From: an uncultured Eubacteriales bacterium
GTDB taxonomy: Bacteria > Actinomycetota > Coriobacteriia > Anaerosomatales > JAAXUF01
Length of the DNA stretch: 64,000 bases
Assembly (NCBI GenBank): GCA_964521195.1
Contig: CAZFRE010000001.1
Location: forward strand, 575-64,574
Direction: 5' to 3'
The notes beneath the pieces were generated by a model that was not told the origin of the DNA, ran no database searches, and worked only from the letters and a program-made list of their open reading frames with translations. Positions 8,754 through 18,336 of this stretch are shown in pieces. Position 1 is the first letter of the stretch; each line of letters begins with the position of its first letter. The position numbers and the translations under genes were made by a program.

Positions 8754-9674
8754 GTGATGCAGGTGAAGACGTTGGACCGGCTGGCACTGCTGTGCGTGAC
8801 CATCGCGCTTCTGGCGGGACTTGCGGCGGCACTCGGCGTGACGCAACGGGGGACCGGGGCGACTGCGCGAGCGACGAGCATCCGAGGCGAGCACTACGAG
8901 TACGCGACGGACGGGATCTACGCGTTCAACCCGCAGCGCGTGGTGGCCGAGGGCGTGGGTTGGGACTGGGTGACCCTGTTGGTGGCCGCCCCGCTCCTGA
9001 TCGCGTGCGCTCCCGGAGTCCGACGGGGGTCGCTGCGGGCTCGGCTGCTCGCGCTCGGTCTCCTCGGCTATCTGTTCTACCAGTACCTGATGTATGCGGT
9101 GTTCTGGGCTTTCGGCCCGCTTCTGCCGCTGTTCATCGCGCTGTATGCGCTCAGCCTCGTGGCGATCGTATGGACGGTGAGCACCATCGACGTGGCAGCA
9201 CTGCCCGCGTGTGTCAGGCCGCGCTTCCCGCGCAAGGGGATGGCGGTGTTCAGCGGCGTGATGGCTGCGCTGCTCGTCGTGATGTGGGCGCAGCGGCTTG
9301 CGACGGCGTACCGTGGCGATCTCGCGGGTGCCGGCCTGCTCGGCATGCCGACGTTCACCGTGCAGGCGCTCGACCTGGGCATGCTCGTGCCGCTCGCCAC
9401 GGCGACCGCGGTCTTGCTGTGGCGCTCCAACCCGTGGGGCTACCTGCTCGGCGTCGTGTTCGCCGTGAAGGGCGCGACGATGGCGGGCGCGATCTGCGCG
9501 ATGCTGATCTCCGCGGCGATCGTCGAAGGGGCGCTCGAGGTGGTGCCGTTCGCGATCTTCGGGGCGGCGACCCTCGTCTCGGCCGGGCTCGCGTGGCGCA
9601 TGCTCGCCAACATCGCCGAGCCGGAAGCGACGGCTAGCGCAGCGACAGCCCCCACTGCACGAGCCACAGCGTGA
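8754..9674 (+). CDS. Multi-pass membrane protein of unknown function
   Basis: About 8 hydrophobic segments; co-oriented with TetR and flavodoxin. Confidence 0.7.
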   Translation: MMQVKTLDRLALLCVTIALLAGLAAALGVTQRGTGATARATSIRGEHYEYATDGIYAFNPQRVVAEGVGWDWVTLLVAAPLLIACAPGVRRGSLRARLLALGLLGYLFYQYLMYAVFWAFGPLLPLFIALYALSLVAIVWTVSTIDVAALPACVRPRFPRKGMAVFSGVMAALLVVMWAQRLATAYRGDLAGAGLLGMPTFTVQALDLGMLVPLATATAVLLWRSNPWGYLLGVVFAVKGATMAGAICAMLISAAIVEGALEVVPFAIFGAATLVSAGLAWRMLANIAEPEATASAATAPTARATA

Positions 9675-9969
9675 CCATGCCCGCGACGAGCGTGGCGATG
9701 GTGTTCTTGGTGCGCAGCGCCACCACGAGCGCGACCAACGCGCCGAGCGTTCGCGCGGGGACCGCCTCGTAGGCGCCGTTGTGCTTCAGGTACAGCGACC
9801 CGGGCACGACGAGCGCGGTGAGCGCCGCGACCGGGACGTAGCGCAGCAGCCGCTCGAGCCACGGCGGGTGCGGTACCCGTCCGTGCAGGATGATCGGGAA
9901 GCTCCGCATCGCCCACGTGCCCGCGCCGAGCAGGCCGATGAGCAACCAGAACTGCGCGGTAGCGCTCAT
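9634..9969 (-). CDS. azlD: AzlD-family branched-chain amino acid exporter small subunit
   Basis: L.YVPVAALTALVVP pattern; ATG overlaps the azlC stop. Confidence 0.8.
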   Translation of the reverse strand: MSATAQFWLLIGLLGAGTWAMRSFPIILHGRVPHPPWLERLLRYVPVAALTALVVPGSLYLKHNGAYEAVPARTLGALVALVVALRTKNTIATLVAGMVTLWLVQWGLSLR

Positions 9970-10718
9970 CGGGCCGCCCCCTCGGACGGCGCGACGGTGT
10001 CGCGCCACGCGCCGTACGCCATGCCGCCGAGCAGCGCGACGATGAGTCCCGACTGCATCGGGAGCAGGGGCACGAGCACGGCCGCCGCCAGTGCGGTCAC
10101 CAACGCGACGCCGACCGCGGTCCTGTTCGCGAGCGATGGCGCGAGCATCGCGAGGAAGACGAGCGGCACCGCGAAGTCGAGTCCCCATGCTGTGGGGATG
10201 ACGGGGCCGAGCAAAGCGCCGAGCAGCGTGGTGACCTGCCATGTGCCGGCGAGCGCCGCCCAGGCGCCGACATAGTACGGCACGACATCGATGTCGTCTC
10301 GGAAGCGACCTCGTGTCATGACCGAGGCGTAGTTCTGGTCGACGAGCATGTAGCCGAGGAACGGCCGCTGCCACTCCGGGGCGTCGGAGAGCAGTGGCGC
10401 GATCGACGTCGAGTAGATGAACATCCGCGAGTTCACGATCAGTGCGGTGAAGAGCGCGACCCACAACGGGGCACCGTCGCCGAACAGCGTGGTGGCGACG
10501 ATCTGGGAAGCGCCCGCGAAGACTATGACCGACATGCCGATCGACTCGGCCACGCCTTGCCCGATCTGGATGACCGCCGTTCCGGCGACCAGGCCGAAGG
10601 GGACGACCCCCACGAGGATGGGGAGCATGTCCTTCACGCCGGCGTTGAAGCTGTGGCGGGAGCGGGATCGCCTGTCGGCAGGTGCCGCCGAGTCCCGGGG
10701 GCTGTGGTTGTGCGGGAT
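9966..10718 (-). CDS. azlC: AzlC-family permease; start uncertain (ATC 10718 or ATG 10628)
   Basis: PILVGVVPFG, SVIVFAGASQ, VNSRMFIYS and LDFAVPLVFLA. Confidence 0.82.
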   Translation of the reverse strand: MPHNHSPRDSAAPADRRSRSRHSFNAGVKDMLPILVGVVPFGLVAGTAVIQIGQGVAESIGMSVIVFAGASQIVATTLFGDGAPLWVALFTALIVNSRMFIYSTSIAPLLSDAPEWQRPFLGYMLVDQNYASVMTRGRFRDDIDVVPYYVGAWAALAGTWQVTTLLGALLGPVIPTAWGLDFAVPLVFLAMLAPSLANRTAVGVALVTALAAAVLVPLLPMQSGLIVALLGGMAYGAWRDTVAPSEGAAR

Positions 10719-10771
10719 CGGGCACCTCCTCGGCTGGTATGGCGGCCGGCCGCTTCGTGATGTGTCTGCGG

Positions 10772-11500
10772 CTACTCCTCCACAGGCTGCGTCACGTGCA
10801 GGTAGAGCTGGTCGCCGTTTCCGGTACGTATCGACAAAGGGTACACCGAGACGTGCATGCGTCCCGCGATCGTGTCGACCGTCTCGAGGTGGCCCTGTCC
10901 GGTGCGGACACACTCGTCGAGCGGGCAGCCGGGCGGGACAGCACCATCGGCGTGCATCTCTTCGTTGCAGTATATGTAGCGGTCGCACACGCCCGTCTCG
11001 GTGCAGTCGTAGAACGCGCCGTTCGCGATCAGCACCCGGTGCTGAGCGTCGACGATCATCGTCGGGTGCGGGAAGCCACGCAACACCGCCTCCACGCTCA
11101 GCACGTGCTCCGAACCCTCGATGTCACCCGTGAGGTCGTCGAGCAGCCGCGCCAGATCCCACGGCTGGAATGGCTTCGAGATCACATGCGTGGGCCCGGG
11201 GAACGAGGTCGTCTCGGCGCCCTCCTCGGGCAGCACGAGGACTATGGGAAGGCTGCGGTGTGCGAACTGCCTCCGGATGAGGGTGATGAGCTCGACGCCG
11301 GACATATCGGGCATGGACAGGTCGATGACGGCGCAGTCGTAGTCGTCTTCCTCGAGTAGGGCGAGCGCATCGGCGGCGTTTCCGGCTTCGACGGCGTAGT
11401 AGCGCCCGGTGCCTTCGAGCGCGAACGACTCGATGCTCCTTGGGACGAACTCGTCATCGACGATGAGGACACGGTGGGTTGGCACGTGCGTGTCGAACAT
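10772..11500 (-). CDS. Response-regulator receiver plus PAS-like domain, no output domain
   Basis: VLIVDDE, VIDLSMPDMSG and KPF; C-terminal IVDAQHRVLIAN and GCPLDEC. Confidence 0.78.
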   Translation of the reverse strand: MFDTHVPTHRVLIVDDEFVPRSIESFALEGTGRYYAVEAGNAADALALLEEDDYDCAVIDLSMPDMSGVELITLIRRQFAHRSLPIVLVLPEEGAETTSFPGPTHVISKPFQPWDLARLLDDLTGDIEGSEHVLSVEAVLRGFPHPTMIVDAQHRVLIANGAFYDCTETGVCDRYIYCNEEMHADGAVPPGCPLDECVRTGQGHLETVDTIAGRMHVSVYPLSIRTGNGDQLYLHVTQPVEE

Positions 11501-11580
11501 TGAGCCCCCTCCATTTTGCGTGTGTGTTCGATCAGGCGCGAGAACTGGCATATCCTGCGAGATTCGTCACGTCTGCGATA

Positions 11581-12411
11581 TCACCTGCAGAGTGTGACGA
11601 GATGCACTTCGGGGCGCGCGAGGAAGCGAAGCGGCAGTGTGACCGCGCCCACGCCGTTGGAGACGATCACCGGCACGCCGTGCTCGGAGGTGAGCCCTTG
11701 CTGCAGGTAGCGTCGCCCGTAGCGGGTGGGCTTGCGCGGGTTCAGCCGGTAGACTCCCGCGACCTGGCCCCCGTGCGTGTGGCCTGCCAGCGCCAGCACC
11801 CAGCGCCCCGGCAGTGCAGGCAGAGCATCGGCGAACGAGTCCGGGTTGTGCGCGACGAGCACGGCGATGTCGCCCGGCGCAAGGCCCTCGGCCGCCGCAG
11901 CAGCATCCGGCGTCCCGGTCCACTCGTCGGCCAGCCCCGTGATCGCGAGCGTCGCATCGCCGACGCTCAGGCGCACAGTCTCGTTCTCGAGCAGCCTGAT
12001 GCCGGAATCCCGCAGCCTCGAGCGGGCGATGTCGCCGCCCTCCCAGTCGTCGTGGTTCCCAAGCACCGCGAACACGCCGTACTTCGCCGAGAACCGCGCC
12101 GCCGCCGGGTAGAACACGTCGGCACCGCCGTGCCGGCCTCCCACGTAGTCCCCGCCGAGCACCACGACGTCGGCCGAGAGGTCGTTCACCCGCTCGACCA
12201 GCTGCTCCATGCGCGCGGGCCCGTACAACGGTCCCGCATGGATGTCGGCGAGGAAGGCGATCTTCGTGCCGTCGAGGTCTTCCGGCAGGTCGGGCACCCG
12301 GAGGGCTTCGCGGGACACGCCGAGCCCGCGGGCCTCTCGGATCGCCGCCACCACGAACAGGAACGACACGGCCGCCAGCATGCCGAGGACGGTGAGCGCG
12401 ACACCCGACAT
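11581..12411 (-). CDS. Metallophosphoesterase (YkuE/YaeI-like)
   Basis: ADIHAG, GGDYV, GNHD, HNPD and GHTHGGQ. Confidence 0.9.
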   Translation of the reverse strand: MSGVALTVLGMLAAVSFLFVVAAIREARGLGVSREALRVPDLPEDLDGTKIAFLADIHAGPLYGPARMEQLVERVNDLSADVVVLGGDYVGGRHGGADVFYPAAARFSAKYGVFAVLGNHDDWEGGDIARSRLRDSGIRLLENETVRLSVGDATLAITGLADEWTGTPDAAAAAEGLAPGDIAVLVAHNPDSFADALPALPGRWVLALAGHTHGGQVAGVYRLNPRKPTRYGRRYLQQGLTSEHGVPVIVSNGVGAVTLPLRFLARPEVHLVTLCR

Positions 12412-12566
12412 TCAGGCTCCTTGGGGGTTGAAGCGGCTTCCTCCCGATGATACCCACGCCACAGCGCCGTCTTGTGCGCAAGAGCGGTCGGCGCCTGCGG
12501 TCGTCACGTGCCGTCGCGGGGAATACTCATGAGTGAAGCGAGCGACGACGTTCTTGGGAGGCAACG

Positions 12567-13058
12567 ATGGTCCGCATACATGACGATGGCTCGCTCGAGG
12601 ACGAGGAACTCGTTCGCGAGGGCGGTGTGTTCGTGTCGCGCAATGGCGGGCACGAAGCCGACTCGGCCGAGGCGAGAGCTGCCGACGACTACATCGAGGA
12701 CCCGGGAACCGGAGACGGCGTCCCGGGCACCGTTGACGATCTGCCGTACGACTACGGCGTAGAGAACGCCGTGCCTGCCGACCAGTTGCTCGAGAGCTCC
12801 GGCCGAGGCCGGGGACTCGGCAGCAGCATCGGCTACACCGGTGCCGATGACGATCGCGAGCCACCCCCTCTCGGCGGACCGGAGGAGCGGGAGCTGTGGC
12901 GCAGGCAGCGCGCGCTCATCCAGGAGTCCGGGGACGAGGAGCTGCGCTACGCCGGGTTGCCTGACGACCTGGCGGCCAAGGTGGATGCGACCTCGGGCGA
13001 GGACGCGGGCGAGGTGTTGCCCGAAGCGCCGGAGGGCAAGAGCGCGACGGGACTCTGA
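12567..13058 (+). CDS. Acidic low-complexity hypothetical protein
   Basis: GGGAGG RBS, open frame with GC-rich third positions, Asp/Glu/Gly-rich. Confidence 0.65.
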   Translation: MVRIHDDGSLEDEELVREGGVFVSRNGGHEADSAEARAADDYIEDPGTGDGVPGTVDDLPYDYGVENAVPADQLLESSGRGRGLGSSIGYTGADDDREPPPLGGPEERELWRRQRALIQESGDEELRYAGLPDDLAAKVDATSGEDAGEVLPEAPEGKSATGL

Positions 13059-13133
13059 GTGGCCCTCGCTTGAAACCCCGGCGAAACGTCCGCATGTGAG
13101 GATGGACTCCCTGCAACGGACGGGAGTCGCGCC

Positions 13134-14640
<1,507 letters not shown>

Positions 14641-14644
<4 letters not shown>

Positions 14645-15738
14645 GCCGGGGCGCTCCTCTCGGCGTTCGCGCCGTCGGCCCACGCAAGCACCTGGAGCGC
14701 GCGCAGCGTCAGCCACTTGCTCGGCTGGCCCTTGGTCTCGATGTCGGCGTACATCTTGCCGTTGAACGTGTTGCGAAGCTTCCAGCGCATCTGCGCGTCG
14801 GCCGCCGAGCGTACGACGTCGATCGCATCCGCGTACTCGGGCCGAGGAGGCTCGCCGATGCGCGAAAGCGCCCAGAGCGCCTCGAGGATGTCGGAGTTGT
14901 ATGAGAGCGGGTATCCGAACCGCAGCCAGCCGGGCTTCTCCTTGTAGTGAAGCTCGGGGTGCTCGCCAAGGAAACGCTCGCGCATCCCAGGCCGCTCGGA
15001 TGACGGCGCGGACCACACCATATCGAAGAAGTCCTTCGACTCGGCCGGCAGGGAGCGGAACACCTCCTTCTCGCGAAGCTTCGTCACGCACTCGCCGAGA
15101 AGGTCCTCGGCGCCTTCCGGCCACAGTTCGCGCGGTACCTCGGCCAAGAAGAGAAGCTCCTTGGGCGCAAGCATGTGGCAGTAGCCGTTGAGCTGGTAGA
15201 GCGCTCCGTCTCGGCAGTCGAGCACGCCAAGCTCGCCGTAGAGCGTCACCACATGCTGCAGCGCAGCGAGCACTCGTTCGTCGCGCGCCCATCCCATCCG
15301 TGCGAGCGCGCGTCCCACGTTGGAGGTCAGGCAGGGGATCGAGCCTGCCGCCCGGGCGTTGCTCGCGCTCCATGAGCCGTCCGGTAGCTGCCGCGTGAAC
15401 GCGTACTCAGCTGCGGCTTGCACCCGAGGATCGGAGCCGTCGGCCCACAGCTCGCCGAGCAGGTGCACCTGCCACAACGATCCCACGTACTTGCGATAAT
15501 CCTGCGACGGTGCCATCCACGAGCCGTCGTCGTGCTCGCCCGCCAGTATCGCCGCCACCGGCGGATACTCGTTGCGGCGTGCCCACAACGCAGCGGCCGC
15601 ATCGTCGTCCGCTTCGCCGAGCAGTTCGCGGCGGGTCAGCACCGCAACCGCCGGGTTGTCCGGCTCGAGCAGCCAGTCGATCGTCTTCTGGGGAACGTCG
15701 GTCGCTACCGCCGGTCGGGCGCTGCTCTTCGCAGGCAT
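14641..15738 (-). CDS. Prenyltransferase/squalene-cyclase-repeat (alpha/alpha barrel) hypothetical protein
   Basis: HDDGSW and QLPDGSW QW-like repeats, FGYPLSYNSD and KWLTLRAL; GAGGAGG RBS. Confidence 0.65.
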
Positions 15739-15880
15739 GCTGCGGCCTCCTCTCCTCGTCGCCATTCGTACATACCCGCGTCTGTGCCGTCGTCGCGGTG
15801 TCGGAACGTGGCAGCATCGCGTAGCATGTCTGCGAAGCGCAGTTCGCGCCGGCCCACACTCTCAGGAAGGTCGATCAGTC

Positions 15881-16504
15881 ATGGAGCGCACGACCACACG
15901 ACGGCCCCACCTGCCCCTCGCAGCCATCGCACTCGCGGTGGTCCTTGCCGCCACGGTCGTCGGCTGCGGCAATCAGGTCGCCGAGAACGCTGCCACGGGG
16001 ACCGTCGACCTGGTCGGCAAGTCCGCGCTCGAGAGCCTGCCGGCAGCCACCTCGGCACTCGCGACGATGGCACCCGACGCCAAGCTGCTGTTCATTCAGA
16101 GCGGCAACTCCAAGGAGCCGACGCAGGCACCGGTGTGGGGCTTCCTGTTCGGCTCGCCCTCCTCGGACAAGACCTACATCGTCTACGTCAGGGACGGGAA
16201 GGCGATGCGTCCGTCCGAGTACGGGCAGGCCGGACTCGCGAAGGGCGAATGGCCGAAGGTCGCGTCGGCCGATGCGATCAAGATCGACAGCAAGGCCGCA
16301 CTCGATTCGGCGCGCTCGAAGGCCGGGGCCACCGACAAGGACGCCTACTCGATCGCGCTCGTCGTGCACGTGCCGGCCGCGGAGACGACCACCACGACCA
16401 AGCCGATGGTGTGGTACGTCTCGTTCGACCCCGCGAGCGGTGCGGCTTCCGGCACGGTGGAGGTCGACGCGAGGACCGGCGACGTGACGACCATGGACCA
16501 GTAG
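15881..16504 (+). CDS. Lipoprotein of unknown function with PepSY-like C-terminus
   Basis: VVGC lipobox; IDSKAALDSA and VEVDARTGDV. Confidence 0.7.
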   Translation: MERTTTRRPHLPLAAIALAVVLAATVVGCGNQVAENAATGTVDLVGKSALESLPAATSALATMAPDAKLLFIQSGNSKEPTQAPVWGFLFGSPSSDKTYIVYVRDGKAMRPSEYGQAGLAKGEWPKVASADAIKIDSKAALDSARSKAGATDKDAYSIALVVHVPAAETTTTTKPMVWYVSFDPASGAASGTVEVDARTGDVTTMDQ

Positions 16505-16510
16505 CGGGGC

Positions 16511-16540
16511 TTGCCTAGCCAATACCCGTGGGGGTATGGT
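16511..16540 (+). promoter_or_regulatory. Sigma70-type promoter containing a CsoR/CstR-type operator
   Basis: TTGCCT-N18-TATGGT with the palindrome ATACCC-GTGG-GGGTAT (16522-16537) overlapping the spacer and -10. Confidence 0.7.
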
Positions 16541-16592
16541 GGGTGGCGACCCCGGGCAACGTCCGGGCAGCCGAATGCAGAGGAGCCGACCG

Positions 16593-17009
16593 ATGATCTC
16601 CATCGCCATCCGCGTGGTCGACGTCGACGACTGCAGTTGAAGCGGCGACGGGGATCCGTACTCGGGCGGTCTGTCCGAGTGGATGGCGCTAGAAGCACAG
16701 GTGCTGGGCACCGGCGATGCGTTCGCTGAGCTCTCGGCGTGCGGGATGCCGGTCGAGCGCCAGGCCGAGCTCCTCGAGGCGGCGCTGCGGGAGCGAGGCA
16801 TCGCGGGCATCGCGGTCGACGCGCCCGATCTCTACGACCTTGAAGGTGACGAGCGCGATGCCGCACTGGATGCCATCGTCGAGGGCAGGCCGTCGCCGTA
16901 CGTTCTGGTCGGCGGTCGGTTGGTCTCCTCCGGCGCTATCGAGATGGATTCCGTGTTCGACGCGGTCTCGGCGTGCGCAGGCCACCACTGCGGCGGGCAC
17001 GGGGAGTAG
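16593..17009 (+). CDS. Candidate selenoprotein (138 aa, C-S-U motif, thioredoxin-like/YuzD-like fold, His/Cys tail)
   Basis: AGGAG RBS before ATG 16593; MISIAIRVVDVDDCS-TGA(16638)-SGDGDPYSGGLSEW runs in frame into the 16683 ORF; a SECIS-like hairpin follows. Confidence 0.8.
16654..16684 (+). other. Bacterial SECIS-like hairpin
   Basis: AUCC-[GU bulge]-ACUCGGGC-GGUCU-GUCCGAGU-GGAU; the apical loop begins 28 nt after the UGA. Confidence 0.75.
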
Positions 17010-17011
17010 CG

Positions 17012-17341
17012 GTGGCCGCAGCCTCCGGAACCACCCGCGAGCCCAAGCCCGAGGTCGCCGTGCGCATCCTCGGAAGCCTACGGCCATCACGCGCCGAGAA
17101 GGGCCTGCCGTACGAGTTCTCGGCCTGCGTGCCACATGAGGGCATCTCGGCACGTGCACTCGCCGAGGAACTCGGGTTGCCGATGGATCGCGTCGAGGGC
17201 GCGTTCGTCAATCATGTCGTGCACGGCCTGAGTGTTCGGATCATGCCTGGCGACCGGGTGGCGTTCGTTCCCAACGACACGCCGGGTCCGCATCGCGTGT
17301 TCCTCGGCCTGTACGACGCGGGGAAGGATTCTGGCGAGTAG
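17012..17341 (+). CDS. MoaD/ThiS-like ubiquitin-fold protein lacking the C-terminal GG
   Basis: ARALAEELGLP...VEGAFVNH...PGDRVAFVP followed by the extension NDTPGPHRVFLGLY. Confidence 0.72.
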   Translation: MAAASGTTREPKPEVAVRILGSLRPSRAEKGLPYEFSACVPHEGISARALAEELGLPMDRVEGAFVNHVVHGLSVRIMPGDRVAFVPNDTPGPHRVFLGLYDAGKDSGE

Positions 17342-17374
17342 GTGCACCTGCCTGACCCGGTGGCCGGCAGCCGG

Positions 17375-18013
17375 TTAGGGCTCCGGGTGCCCGAGCAGGA
17401 TGCGGATCGCTGCGTGCGCCTCGTGCGCGGCGGCAACCATTACGCGTGAGGCCATCAAGGGCAGGGCGTCGCGCACGTCGCTCTCCAGATCGCCGACGAG
17501 GTAGAAGCGCTCGCCCACGCGCTCGGTCACGATCTCGTTTGCCGACGAGCACCCCGCGAGCCCGGATGCTGACACGAGGGGCATCTGGGGCAACTCGCGC
17601 ATGAGCGTGTTGGCGATCATCGCCTTTGTGTCCGCGTGGTCGACGGCCTCGATGACGACGTGAGAGTCGCGCACGAGATCCGCGACGTTCTCGGCGGTGG
17701 CCCGGGCGGCAACGCGTTGCAGCTCGACATCCGGTCGAATCCGACGAAGCGTGTGCGCCAGCGCGTCCACCTTGGCCAGCCCGAGCTCGTCTTGGAAGTA
17801 GAGCTGGCGGTTGAGATTGGACTCGTCGACCCGGTCGAAGTCTATGAGGGTGAGACGGCCGACTCCCGCGCGCACGAGCAAGTTCGCCGCGTTACTCCCC
17901 AGGCCCCCACATCCGATGAGCGCGACGTGCGCGATGCCGAGTCGCGCGCGCACCGCGTCGTCGTCATTCGTATCGACGGGCGGCCACTCGAAGTCAGAGT
18001 CGCGAGGCGGCAC
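17375..18013 (-). CDS. thiF: ThiF/MoeB-family sulfur-carrier adenylyltransferase
   Basis: GCGGLGSN, DFDRVDESNLNRQ, EAVD and RVMVAAAHEAH. Confidence 0.88.
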   Translation of the reverse strand: MPPRDSDFEWPPVDTNDDDAVRARLGIAHVALIGCGGLGSNAANLLVRAGVGRLTLIDFDRVDESNLNRQLYFQDELGLAKVDALAHTLRRIRPDVELQRVAARATAENVADLVRDSHVVIEAVDHADTKAMIANTLMRELPQMPLVSASGLAGCSSANEIVTERVGERFYLVGDLESDVRDALPLMASRVMVAAAHEAHAAIRILLGHPEP

Positions 18014-18014
18014 G

Positions 18015-18254
18015 CTAGCCCCCTGCGACCGGCGGGAAGATTGCGAGGCGGTCGCCTTCCGACAGGATCTGCTCGTCGGTGGCGTGACGACCGTTCAGGA
18101 ACACGACGCGCGGTTGGTCCGGCAGCCCCAGCTGGTCGATGACGTCGCCGACCGTGGCGTCCGCGGCCGCCTCGATCGCGCGCGAGTGACGTCCGCCCTG
18201 GCCGTCGGGCTGGTACTGAGAGAGGTATGCGAAGAGCGCGAGATTCACCTTCAT
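18015..18254 (-). CDS. moaD: MoaD/ThiS sulfur carrier protein
   Basis: 79 aa; MKVNLALFAYL, VFLNG and C-terminal LAIFPPVAGG. Confidence 0.9.
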   Translation of the reverse strand: MKVNLALFAYLSQYQPDGQGGRHSRAIEAAADATVGDVIDQLGLPDQPRVVFLNGRHATDEQILSEGDRLAIFPPVAGG

Positions 18255-18336
18255 GCCCGATTCCTAGCGACGATCATGCCGCGCGACGCGCCCGCGACGC
18301 CGCCCGGAGGCGACGGCGCGGGCGCAGGATGCGCGA

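Noticed and set aside
9634-9674. 41-bp convergent overlap of the membrane gene and azlD
   Set aside because: The plus-strand tail is low-complexity Ala/Thr; a simple stop-codon drift explains it.
16683-17009. The 108-aa ORF as a complete gene
   Set aside because: No RBS before ATG 16683, which sits inside the SECIS-like stem; the better start is 16593 with UGA readthrough.
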